Assembly (NCBI RefSeq): GCF_006345805.1
Contig: NC_043008.1
Location: 37,200,001 to 37,264,000, forward strand
Reading direction: 5' to 3'
Source: Octopus sinensis
Lineage: Eukaryota
DNA: 64,000 bases
A program made the translations under genes and the position numbers. The notes below the pieces were generated by a model. The model made no database searches and was not told the DNA's origin. It saw only the letters and a list, made by a program, of their open reading frames with translations. Below, piece by piece: positions 37,351 through 50,269 of this stretch. The number at the start of each line of letters is the position of its first letter. The first letter of the stretch is position 1.

Positions 37351-39424
37351 AGAGTAATTTTGTATCAGTCAATTGTGTGTCATTTCATTTCTCTGGATGT
37401 GATCCCTGATATCTGTCTGTGTTTAGTAGTGGTACCGTGGGAGCCATGCACAATTGAGTCACATATGAGCCCTGTATAATGACATTAATTGTTGTGTGTT
37501 GAAAGAGAGCTTCTGAGATATATTCTTTAAGATGAAGAATATGTTTTGGTGTGGTTGGTTTCAGTAGTTTGTTTGTTTAGAGTGCTTATCTTATTGATCT
37601 GGAAATGCAATTGGGGATGGCCAACAGATTCACTGAGTTCCAATTCTGAACTTTAATATGTATATTTATATTTGAAAGAAAACAGATTTAGTCACATTTT
37701 TGTATGATAATGGATTAGAAACACATTACCATTTTGTGTCAGCACGCATGAGCTGTTAACACTTCTGCAAGTGCACAGATGATAGAGAGAACATTTGGTA
37801 TTTCTCCACCAGGCTTTCTGCAAATTTATGTAATATCTTTCGTCTATAAAATTACTACTGGTTCACCTGTATATGCACTAATATAGCACAACAGAGAGGA
37901 AATCTATAAAGAACCTCCTCATGCAGTAACAGATGAGTGTTGATGACTGAGTCATGACTCTGACTCTATGACTCTTGTTATTAACTCAGCCACTCAAGCA
38001 ATTAGGACAGAATGTGAGCCTTATATACAAACACATGTATGGTTCTTCCACTTTGTAGAATGTACAAGAAGAAAAATAGTGAGCTTAAGGCTTATCAACA
38101 AATATAAAGATAACAGTGACTTGTGACGGTTTCATGGAGAAGTAGATGCACTTGCCCTCCCCCCTTTTGTTTTACAGTGAACAAATGCAGGATCAGTGAG
38201 AAGCCTGTCCAGAAGTGGCTAACCCTTTATAAAGCATTTATAAAACTACCTTAGACAGCACTTATGTCAGAGGAACTTTTATATATTAATATGGTAAAAG
38301 ACCTAATCTTAGATTTATTTCATTATGATTCTCATACTAAATAGTAACTGGAATTAATATGTTTTTTTCATCTTGTTGGCTATGAGAACCCTTCCAACTG
38401 GAAAATAAACAGAGCACTTCAGAAAGAAGCCATCGTTAATGTGTTCATTTCTCAAGATGTAATTTGTTTTCCTCTCCACCCTGATCCCTCACCCATTAAA
38501 AAATATGGAAAAAATTAGATGCATACAGACATCCACTAACAATATAAAAACTGTACAAAGACTATGGAAATAAAGATCACAAGAACATCCATCAGTTAAT
38601 CCAAGGTGTTAAACATTTGCCTTTAATTACGTCTAATAATTTAATTTTACTCTGCTTTCAAGTAACTTTATAATCACATGCAATTAATTGACCTGATTTT
38701 AAAGACAATATTTTAATTAAAAATTATTTTAATCAAACATGCCATTCATTGCTATTTTAACCTGTGCCACTTTTGCTATGCTGCTTTTACTTGTACCGTT
38801 TACATAAGTCATTTTTTACTATGCTACTGCCATAAATATTACTATGACCATCCTAATGTCAGTATTATAAAACAAATATGGTGAGGTCTCCTATATGTAA
38901 TACTCTCAGTTGAAAAATTATTTTCCAAAACATAAACTGTTATCTGATCTTATTTGAGTTAACTCCCTTGTTGTCATCTTGAGATTTTAAATACAATAAA
39001 TGTGAGTTTTCATTTTCTTGTTGTATAGATAATCTCAGTTTATATCTATCAACATTTTTCAGTTCATTATCCTACATATGAGACCATAGACTGTTTATTT
39101 AGTACTTTCTCTCAGCCATACTATTGATATAATTAGTACCACAAGACTGCCTGTATTTCTAAACACATATACATATTTATATGTGTGTTTGCATATGTGT
39201 GAAGGTGTGTGGTATATTGGTGTGGGTGTTGTGCTCACAATTACAAAATTATATATTCATTTTCCAGACTGGGTAGAGTGTTGTGTTTTTGAGCAAAACA
39301 CTTAATTTCATGTTGTTCCAGGCCATTTAGCTTTAAATTAGTAAGCCTGCAATGGCCACAATATATGTATATATCCAAATTTAGAATATATACACCCAAA
39401 TTTAAAATTATTATGCACATGCAC

Positions 39425-39459
<35 letters not shown>

Positions 39460-39751
39460 CATGCACACACACACACACACATATATATATTTGATATATG
39501 TTGAGTGTTGACTTAGAAGAAAAATTACTGAATACGCAATTAGAGATTCATATTTTTACCATAGTCAAGTGAGTCTTTGCTGCTCAGAGTAGCAAGAGAC
39601 CAACTTAACCAAATAGACAAAATAGAAAAATAAATAAATAAATGAATGAATTTGCGTGTGTGTGTGTGTTTTCCATCATGTGTGTTCTCAGGCACAATAA
39701 TGCAGCTAAAATTTTCTTTCCAACTGCCCAGCTGTCCAAAAAGGTACAATA

Positions 39752-40148
39752 TACTCTTTTACTCTTTTACTCTTTTCATTGTTTCAGTCATTTGACTGTG
39801 GCCATGCTAGAGCACCACCTTTAGTTAAGCAAATCGACCCCAGGACGACTTATTCTTTGTAAGCCTAGTACTTATTCTATCGGTCTCTTGTGCCGAACCG
39901 CTAAGTTATGGGGGCGTAAACACACCAACATTGGTTGTCAAGTAATGTTGGGGGGACAAACACAGACACACAAACATATACATATATAAGACAGGCTTCT
40001 TTCAGTTTCTGTCTACCTAATCCCCTCACAAGGCTTTGGTCGGCCCAAGGCTATAGTAGAAGACACTTGCCCAAGGTTCCATGCAGTGGGACTGAACCCG
40101 GAACCATGTGGTTGGTAAGCAAGCTACTTTACCACACAGCCACTCCCA
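39752..40148 (-). mobile_element. SINE family B
   Basis: Similar to 10632-11037. Confidence 0.9.
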
Positions 40149-41629
40149 TATATATATATATATATATATGTTGTTGTACTTGTAAAACTCCAAGTCTGTC
40201 CAGATTGAGCATGTGCAGGCAAATTATTAACCTTTCATTACCCCAGTTTGATTGAAATACCTTATCTTTGATTCAATTCTAAAAATAATGAAAATTATAG
40301 TGAAATACTTTTGTCCAGAACATCAATTAACATGATATTTCGATGGAAGGATTTAAACTAGATTACATTACAACAGGAAATTTGTAAAGTTTTTATCATA
40401 AAACCAAGGGTGGTGTTGGACAGGTTGGTATCTAAAACTATTTGGCAAGAGATAATGATCGTAGAAGCAGTGAAGGCAGTTAGTTGCTGTCTGACCTAAG
40501 ATCAATATCTTCCCATCAAATCCATTATGAAAAACATTACCCATTTTATCTTTATGTATATCAAGGACTCTTTTGTCTTATATATCAAATTTTATATATA
40601 TATATTTTCAATTCTAGAGTGTGATTTGAGGAATATTTAGCTGCTATTTCAAACAGAGTGACCAGCAACATAGAGCTCCTGCAACTATGGTTATTGCTTA
40701 CATATTATTGTTGCTACTCTTGTTGATGTTGTTATTGATTATGATGATATTTTTATGCTAATTATTGTTTTCTCAAACTCCTGTTGATGTCATTATTGTC
40801 ATAGCAACAATAACTGCAATTGAGACAGACATATTTTCGACATTATAATTGTATGGGGGCATGGTGGTGGTGGTGGTGGTGGTGGAGTTTGCATTTACTT
40901 TTGAGATTGTAGTATGTAACATTATCAAAAAATCCCTGCATTGTAAATTTGGATACTATGATTTTCTATAGTTAAGGTACTGTGGCATAACTGCAATTTA
41001 GTATCCCCACTATTTTTGTTTGCTTGTATCTTTATTAAAAAGTTTCAATTTTGCAGAGATATGTTTTCAAAAACATTGATTACAATCATATTAGTGAAAT
41101 AAAAAAATTTTCACTTTTCTGTCACTTTGGCAGTTTTAAACTGTTTTGTTCAAATTTGTAAGCTTGACACATCAACATAATGTAATGTATAACTTAAAAC
41201 CATACTTCTTCAAAATGTCATTTAAAAATAATCATTTCAAAGAAAGTTGTTTGGAAACAAAGTCAGCAGCTGTTATATTATTTCATATCTTAGTTCCAAT
41301 TAACTTTTGTTGTAATTTCATTCTGAGAGAGTAGGTGGAAAAGTTTTTGGGGGCAATGTCTCTTCGTTTAATTAAACGAAAAAATAAATTTAAAGAAAAA
41401 AAAGGGAAATAATAATCTTGTTAAAAGACATTAATTCTAAATATCTCATTGCATCATATACATTACCTTTCACTTTTTTTTTGTGGGGGGGGTTAAAATA
41501 AGTACCAGTTGTACACTGGGGTTGATGTAATCAGCTAGCCCCAACCCCTCAAAATTGTTGGCCTTGTGCCAAAATTTTAGATCAATATATAGTTGCACCT
41601 TGCTGTACACACACCTGTTGTGGCACACT

Positions 41630-41798
41630 CAGGGTGATCTTAATGCAAGAGTTCACAGGACAGCTGTCCAGGGGCTTCATGAGTCGAGTGGTCCAATTTT
41701 GATCTATGTATGCTTGCTTTGCTATTGATATATGATTACTATAAGGCACAGTGCTTTGACCTGCCCTTAGGGCCTATATAGCTGCTGAGACCATTCTG
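41630..41798. mobile_element. Putative hAT-type MITE
   Basis: CAG...CTG termini with degenerate TIRs; 8-bp flanking duplication GGCACACT (41622-41629) / GGCACAAT (41799-41806). Confidence 0.5.
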
Positions 41799-44420
41799 GG
41801 CACAATGCTTGAAAAGCTGAAATCTCTGTAGAAATCAAGGTGCCAATCACATAGAAGTAGGATATTTTATGTTTCAATTACATTTTGTTGTAGTTAAGTA
41901 ACTTCAGCCTGGAGGGGCTTGCACAGGTCATAGGTATTGACCATTAAAAAGGCTTATATTTAAGTACCTCATAATATCTTGTACTTCATAAAAGAATTTA
42001 TGTACCTTGTGTCATTTCACTGCCTGCATATCTTCTGTGGTATACTGCTTGGGAACCGTTGGTCTAAACAGAAATCCTATAAAAAGTAAGAGGTGTTGTC
42101 TCTCTTCATCTGAATAAACCATTTAAAAGAAATCAATATTCATTTATTTTTGACAAACAAACACAAAAGGACAGTATGAAAGTGATTTTTTTTATTAATG
42201 GTTAATCATTTCAATAATATTCATAATTGTAGTGGTGTAGAGTTGTGAGGGATAATAAATTATGACAGACTCTTGTATGGAATTCAATATTGTTTACTTG
42301 AAATGTATACAAATATAACATATATTCTAAACAAGAAATCGGAAACAGATACAAAAGGAAATATAAAATGGAAAAGGAACAACAAAGAAATATAAACATA
42401 AAGTAAAATAATAGACAAGTCTATATTTCTTCAATGATTTAAATAAGTGTTCTTTTCTTTTTCTTCTATATCTTTGTTCTCTTCTTGTACTTCTGCTTTG
42501 TCTTTGAAATAAAATAAATGAATTTACTTATGATGTAATGAGATGAGGAGCAGTACAATAGAAACTTATGTCACGAGGGGTTGGCTGCTTTTAATAAACC
42601 CTTCATACAATTCAGCTAACAAAGCAGCCTCTATTTCATGAACATTATATACAACCCTGGTGCAATTTTATGTCAAAATTTTATTATTATTATTTTTGTA
42701 TTTTTAATATTATTCTGTAAATTATAGCAATAATAGTTCTGATTAGTTACATCAATGCACCTTAGAGAATCTTTTGTTCTCTCAGCTGATGCGAAAGAAG
42801 CTCATAAATCCATAGCAAAAGATATGTCCTATTTCCCCTTCACTTTGTCTATACATGCTGAACCAAACTGAAATTGCTTCCCTTTTGAAAATTTACCTGT
42901 ATTGGTTTGAATGGATTGTAGTGATACGATTGATATCAAAAGACTATGCTGCTGAAAAAGTAGTGCAAGCTTTCTATTAAGTACTGGTTTTCCCAAAACT
43001 GCTTCAATTTAGAAAAATTCTACCTTTGTTCAATTCTAAGGTCTCTGACTTGACAGGATTGTATAGATACCATATGGATACATTTTCTCTGCACATCTTT
43101 GCACACAAACTTTGTTAACGTCTCATATTTTTTATTTCTTTCCTTTCTTTACATATGTATTGTTAATGATATCATTAAAATCTATATTGACCCCTTTTTT
43201 CCATTTACTTTGGGATGCAATGCGAATAAAGTGTTTAGAAATAGTTGTCCATAATCAGCCTGAGAGGTTTTAGCTCAGACTTTAATTTGATCTACAAAAC
43301 TAAACAAGTTTCATACTCCTGCTTTATGTGATTGTGCAATCTACTAGAAATAACAACCAAATCTCCCTTAAATCACAACATATCTGCTTAGACAAGTAAA
43401 ACAGACACTAAATAATTTTCTTCTACTCCAACCTATGTTAGCATGGAACACAGACGTTAAATGATGATGATGATAATGGTAGTAACATTAGTTGGCATGT
43501 CAAACTATGGAATGAAATGAAGATCATAAACTATTATACATATCATCATCATCAAATTCACCATCGTCTTCATTATCCTTATCATCACTGTTGCTTTTCA
43601 TCTACTTTTTTTAATGTTGGTCAAGGTGAGCTGAAACTTGTTAAGGCAATTTTCTGCTGCAAGACACTCTTCCTGTTACTAAATATCATCTCCTTAGGTT
43701 TTTTGCATGGTGGACTGTGCAACAGCTGGGCATGTTTTCTATAGCAGGTATAAACATTAATGCCACTGCCTAAACAGTGTCATGGTTTAAACATGAAGAC
43801 AATACCAAAACACAGATTGGAAGAGACTAACACATGCATGTTTTCACACACATTCACATACTCTTATACACACACATACACATATACATACATGCCTATA
43901 TATATATGTCTATGCATATGCATACACACACACACATACACGCTTATTTATACAATTATATACATATGTATATGCATATATATATGTGTATATATATATA
44001 TATGTGTATATATATATATATATATATGGACATACGAATGTGTGTGTGTGTGCATATGAAAGTACCTATACATGTGTGTGTGTGTGTGTGTGCATGTGAA
44101 GGTACATTGCTTTGTGGTTAAAGTGTTGCTCTCACAGTTGCAAGATAAGGGTTTCAGTTCTCAGACATGCCACACATTGTGTTCTTGAGCAAAACACTTC
44201 ATTTCATATTGTTACAGTTCGCTCAACTGTAAATGTGTAACCACCCTGTGATGGAGTGGTGCCCTGTTCAATGGGAGTGTCACCCTGCCCACCTAGCCAG
44301 TGGGCTGCCACTATTTGTAAACTACAAAAACAAACGTGTACACACACACACACATATAGATAGATATGTATGTATATACATATATATATATATACATTCA
44401 TTCATATATATATACATACA

Positions 44421-44456
<36 letters not shown>

Positions 44457-44642
44457 CATATATATATATAGAGGTAAGACAAATTTTTCATGTTTGTTGC
44501 ACAGACACGTCTTTGCTAGTAAAAATGCAGTGAAGCGCTATACAATAGCGTCGTACTTGTATCGATTGCTATTTTCCAGTAAATATTGGTGCCATGTTGT
44601 ACTACTTATCTGTTTATATATATATATATATATATGTATACA

Positions 44643-45158
44643 CTAGACATGAATTCATAAACTACAAAATATAAATATCCATACTCTCACACTTGAAACG
44701 TACCGGTTATAACTCTTTATCTCAATTTGAATGTGTGTGAATGTATTTAGAATGCCCAAACTTACTTCTTCAAATGTACTACGATGCTGATCATAGTTTA
44801 ATCAATAAACATAGGAGCGAAGTAAATGCAGTAAAAATAGGGGGTGAGGTCAGTTGGGCCCAATTTACGCGGCCCTTCAGAAATTGAACCTCCTTATGAT
44901 ACTCCCTGGGAGGTCATGCTATGAAATTTATTGTCATTGCTCTGATTTGGTCACCAATGCCATGTATTTATTTTAAAATGCAGTAAAAATAGTGGGTGTC
45001 TGTGGGGCCCCAATTAGGTAGCCCTTAAAAAAGTAGACCCCCTTAGGACATTCCCTGGGATTAGGGGAGTTGCTAGTTAGAGTTTCGTTGTCCTAGGAGG
45101 AGTTAACAAACATAAAATCTTAACTGACAGAGAAATATCACTCAAACTTATAATAGGA
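44643..45158 (-). mobile_element. Putative non-autonomous Helitron-like element with an internal ~152-bp tandem duplication
   Basis: Minus strand starts A|TCCTATTATAAG and ends CTAG|T; AAATGCAGTAAAAATAG occurs at 44824 and 44976; no clear GC-rich 3' hairpin. Confidence 0.45.
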
Positions 45159-45179
45159 TAATACAGATACATATATATA

Positions 45180-45235
<56 letters not shown>

Positions 45236-45241
<6 letters not shown>

Positions 45242-45600
45242 TGTTGTCTGGGGAGAGTCATTCTCTTTTAGTGCCTTATTATTTAACACACTCACCAGTA
45301 AAATTTCCACTTATTTCTTATTTTTATTTTCTAAACTTTTCGTTGCATGTTGCAACCTTTCCAGTAGTCTTTTTTTGTTGTGTGTTTGCAACCTTTTCAA
45401 TAGTCTTGACTATTGAAAAGGTTGCAACATGCAACGAAAATTTTAGAAAATAAAAATAAGAAATAAGTGGAAATTTTACCGGTGAGTGTGTTAAATAATA
45501 AGGCACTAAAAGAGAATGACTCTACCCAGACACAACAGAATATGCTTCAACACACGAACTCATATAAAGAATCTTGCAAACCAAATCCCAAAACGAAATA
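45236..45600 (+). mobile_element. (TA)n-embedded pseudo-LTR-like cassette with an inverted 5' copy
   Basis: Inverted arms ~45236-45369 and ~45408-45543, plus a third partial copy at 45386-45405. Confidence 0.8.
45410..45446 (+). ncRNA. Minimal type I hammerhead-like ribozyme, U3-A8 core variant
   Basis: CUA-UUGAAAA-G-GUUGC(AACAU)GCAAC-GAA-AAUU-U-UAG; all three stems consistent. Confidence 0.72.
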
Positions 45601-46267
45601 TATATATGCATATATACGTGACAGACTTCCATATAGTTTCCATATACCAATTTCTCTCACAAGGTCTGTCTTAAAGCTATGATAGAAACCCTTTTCCATG
45701 ATGCCATGCAGTAGAAACAAACCTGGAACCTTTTGGTTGTGAAGCCAACCAAGAGACCATGCCTGAATAATACAATATCTGTAACAGAATCATATTATAA
45801 ATTATAGAATGAAACTGAAGACGAAATCTATTATAAAAGAACACTTATATTATTTACATTATTCATAAGATACTTAACTGATGAATAAATATTTCAAATC
45901 AAATATGATATATGAAGTTCTGGCTGAAAGTATGAATACACTAATAGACTATATTTATTGATGTACATGTAAAATAAGCAATGTATTTTATAATAAATTA
46001 AGCTGATAACCTGAGAACATTTTTGACATGATTGCTTCGATGGCAGTTTTTCAATTCTTGCTGTAAAATAAAGCATTAATTTTTAATGCATTTAAATGTG
46101 TTGTAAGTTTTTTTTTCCAGGTTACTTTATACCATTTGTATCGATATTACCCTTTGAAAATGATATTATATTAGACCCTTATCATACACTGCATGTTGTA
46201 TGAATTTGAAAGGGCCTCTATACCAATGGTTTTTTTTTGTACAAATATATGGGAAATTATTACCTGT

Positions 46268-46526
46268 ATCATCTCTTGCGAAAGGTAGAAGAGTCCGGTT
46301 TGCTGGACGTTGTTGTAGTGCTGAAAACGAGGTAATTTCTACTCTTCTCCTCTGGAAGCCATCTGCTCGCGATACCAGAGGGCGCACACTCTCCTACCCT
46401 GATGTAATCTCCAGGGATACAGGCATCCAGCAACAGGACCTCCGTAATGCTATGATGGACTATGAAGTCTGGCGTAACATAGTAAATTCCATTGTCTTGA
46501 TCATGGTCGAACAATGATGATGATGA
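46268..46526 (+). pseudogene. RTE-like LINE 3' end with (GAT)n tail
   Basis: RRVRFAGRC...LLLWKP...RGRTLSYPDVISRDTG...AMMDYEVWRNIV then GATGATGATG. Confidence 0.75.
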
Positions 46527-46569
46527 CACCAATGGGAGCAGCAAAAAACATTCATTCTGTCTATAGAAA

Positions 46570-47915
46570 TGAAAATTTTTGGCAAGTTTCACTCAGGAAA
46601 TTTTTCTCTCAAAAATTCCCTTATATCTGCACATCTAAATTCTGTCAATGTTGTAGCTTCTGAAAAGTGTAGTTGAGAAAAATCTCAAGGGAACTGCATG
46701 AAATTAGCAAAACAGTTCAATTCAAGTAACACTTTCATCATAGAACACCTTTATGAAAAGGAAAAGTGTCTAAACTTGGTCGGTGGTTCCCTCATGATCT
46801 GACTGCTTCTGAATTTAATCAAAGAATTGCTTTATGCTAATCATTGAAGAGTAGACTTGTTACTAGATATTTCCAGAATAGAATCAACACAAGTGATTAA
46901 AAGGGAGGTTTCTATAATCATACCGATGAAAATAATAATGAAAACTACAACCCAAAAAGTTATGCTCTGTTTGGTGTGATAGGGAGGGTATCATCTATCA
47001 TAAAGTGTTAAACCAAAACAAAGTAGCACATGTGGAGAAGTACTGTCATCAATTGGAATCACTGCACAAAAATTTACTGAAAAAACATTCGTAAAGGGGT
47101 GTTACTTTACTCTTATACAATAATACAAGACCACATGTCTTGTAATCAAAATCACATTTGATGACTGGCATCTGTACTAGCAGGGTGCAAAGAGCACCAT
47201 ACGAGCGTGGTCGTTGACAGAGTGGCTAACTGTCTTCCGTGCCAGTGGCACATAAAAGGCACCATTCGAGTGTGATCGTTACCAGCGTCACCTTACTGGC
47301 ACTTGTGCCTGTGCTAGTAGGGTGCCAAGAGCAGCATCAAAGTGTGATCATTGCCAGAGCAGCCAACTGGCTTCCATGCTGGTGGCATGTGTAAAAAGAT
47401 TCAAGCGAGGTCATTGCCAATACCGCCTGACTGGCCCCCATGCTGGTGGCACGTAAAAAGCACCCACTACACTCTCGAATGGTTGGTGTTAGGAAGGGCA
47501 TCCAGCACTAGAAACTCTGCCAAATCAAGATTGGAGCCTGGCGCAGCCATCTGGTTCACCAGCCCTCAGTCAAAATCGTCCAACCTATGCTAGCATGGAA
47601 AGTGGACGTTAAACAATGATGATGACATACTACCCAATTACTCAACAAAGGATTATGACATTAAATGTGGAAGATTTGCTTCACCCTCTTTATTCTCCTG
47701 ATCTTGATCCATCTGATCATTATGTTTTGAATGGTTGGAACATTATTTAGAAAGAAAACTTGATTAATTGTGAAGAGGTTAGCAATGAGATTGAGTGTTT
47801 CTTTGCACTGAATCCAGAAAACTTTTAGGTGTGAAGAATCAACAATGTGGTGCCGGAGAGATGAGATAATGTCATCAATAGAGAATGGAAATATTATCTT
47901 GAGTAAATATATCAA
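46570..47915 (+). pseudogene. Highly decayed mariner transposase interrupted by a family C repeat (47145-47625)
   Basis: WFPHDL, KVMLC, NNTRPH and HPLYSPDLDPSDH in the expected order. Confidence 0.7.
47145..47625 (+). mobile_element. SINE-like repeat family C
   Basis: Similar to 32030-32393 and 55335-55813. Confidence 0.82.
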
Positions 47916-49660
47916 TTAAAACCCGAGAAACAAATGTTTCTTTTCTAAATTGAAAAGCAACAGGACATTCGCTCCATCATAATACAAATATGAATCAATG
48001 TTGCTATGATATTTCTTTTTTGTCAAAAACAGATTTGCAAGGCAGTCAAATATGCTTTCAGTCAAATTTTTATGGTGATCTAGAGTCATTTTTTGTGTTC
48101 TAAACTGCAATGCTGCCCCTTTTAACTTCAAAATTAACATGATAAGTAAAATTAAGTATATTAAAATTAATAATCTTTATTTTTCACTTCACTGATAGAT
48201 AAATAAAGCACCTGTTTGCATTTGTCCATGAGTTCGATTGCATGTCACAAAAATGGCTAAAGTTTGTATTGTTTATCAATAGATTTTTCATATTTTGCAT
48301 TTCACCACCGCCATCACCAATACCACCACCACCACCATCTTCAGTTAACATCCATTTTCCATGCTAGCATGGGCCAGATGGTTTGACAGGATCTGGCAAG
48401 TCCAAGAGCCACACCAAGTTCCATAATCTGTTTTAGCATGGTTTCTCCAACTGGATGCTCTTCCTAACACCTACCACTTTACAGAGTGTACCAGGTGCTT
48501 TTTACGTGGCACCAGCACCAGTACATTTTACCCAGAATATATATGGATATAACACGAGGAATCGTCAGCTAAAAGGATTTTTTGATCTTTTTCTAATTAT
48601 GAGGGGAAAAGGAGGTAGTTTGGCAAGAGTATGCAGTTTTTGTGTGAAATACTTTTGAACAACACTTAGTTTAATTATGAATCTTCAACACAAAATTTCA
48701 GCTTAGAAATGAGAACTCTAAATATTCATAAGTTATTGACTGAACTTCAAGAATTTTCAAAAATGATTGAAGGTTTTCAAAAGAATTCTGACAATAATGT
48801 TACAGTATAAATTTAGCCTGTATGTAAAATAAAGTTTTGTACAGTGAACTTTCTTTGCTTATGATATTTCAAAATAAGATCATTTACAGAATTTGACAAG
48901 AGATGTCTGCATGAAGAACTTTTCAAAGGTGCACACAATCATGTTCCTTGAGAATATGATTCGTCAAATTTTGCCACTATCCACAATATCTAAAAGTCTG
49001 TGGTACCTTCATCTTTTAGTCTCTTGAGATGCTGCGAAAGCAAGGTCATAATTCTTGTTTCCAGATGCCAGAATGGAAGTGTGTATGATGTGTACTTACT
49101 CTTTAAAGTACACCTTGTTAAGCCTAAAAAAAGTATGTTTACTGTTGCTCTGTCACCTTCACCTTAACCCAATATAACAATTACTTGAAAAGGCATTTGA
49201 CATTGGGTGGACATCAACCCTTATGCCAGTAGTACAATTGCAATGGGGTTGATTGTCTGGCAAAAGATTGTTTCTATTGCTTTTTCTATTGGTGCAAGTG
49301 TTCAGATCCTTAAAATTTCTAGTATAATTATAGCTGATGCCAGCAGTTCTGATTAAGAACTTTGTGGTATCTGTGGTCGATTAGAATGTCAATGGATGAA
49401 GAAGACATCAAGGAATCAGTTCGATGTTAAAATTTTCTTAAACTATTAAAATAAGCATTTCCTGTACGCAGAAGTACTTATTTCTAAGGTTTAAGAAATT
49501 CCTGGCAACTTTGGAACAAACACTGAAAATATATAGAGGATTATGCCATATAAATCCATTCAGAATGCAGCTTTAGCTAAAAAAATTATTTTGTTAATTG
49601 TCTAATTTCAACACTTTGATATTTTTGAATAACTCTGTTTTATTCATTGCTTTATAGCAT

Positions 49661-49984
49661 ATTGCAGTGTGGAAGGTGTTTATAAGTCATTTAAGAAACA
49701 CACAAAAACCGTTAGATTCACTTCAACATTTAAATTTAATTTGTCTAAATATTTTCGTCGCTTTGAGACCACGATCTGTTCACTGACAAAGCTTTGTCAG
49801 TGAACAGATCGTGGTCTCAAAGCGGCGAAAATATTTTGATAAATTAAATTTAAATGTTGAAGTGAATCTAGCGGTTTTTGTGTGTTTCTTAAATGGCTTA
49901 TAAACACCTTCCACGCTGCAATTGTTTTCGTTCCAGCACACGATCTCAGATCAAGTCACTCGCTATGCAAGTAAATCTCTTTAA
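49661..49984 (+). mobile_element. Penelope-type insertion: pseudo-LTR preceded by an inverted copy (262-bp palindrome 49661-49922), with TSD
   Basis: Spacer-less palindrome centred at 49791/49792 with 6 mismatches in 131 bp; TTTATAGCAT(AT) duplicated at 49651 and 49985. Confidence 0.85.
49793..49843 (+). ncRNA. Type I hammerhead-like ribozyme, G3-C8 core variant (mirror copy at 49740-49790, minus strand)
   Basis: UUUGUCA-GUGAACA-G-AUCGU(GGUCUCAAA)GCG(G/A)C-GAA-AAUAUU-U-UGAUAAA: 7-bp stem I and palindromic stem III. Confidence 0.65.
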
Positions 49985-50269
49985 TTTATAGCATATATCC
50001 TTCATTTATTGAGACAGTTTCACCCTTTTTATTTGAAATGGTTCTTATTTTCACTTTCTTGCTAAGTAAAAGTATTTGTTTTGACCCTTTCAATCTTGTT
50101 AGCAGACACTTGCTGTCTCTTTTGTGAGGCTCAGCATCTTGCAATCAAACAAATTTTACTGTATCCCAGGTTTTTCCACATCTTCATCTTCCTCAGGTTC
50201 CATCCCTTTTGAGTGATCAACACATTTTTTATGAAGTTGTCATCATCTATTATAAAAAAACGAGCATTC

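Noticed and set aside
47160-47465. Regularly spaced GTGGCAC(A/G)TAAAA repeats resembling a CRISPR array
   Set aside because: The intervening segments are similar to each other; internal subrepeats of repeat family C in eukaryotic DNA with no cas genes
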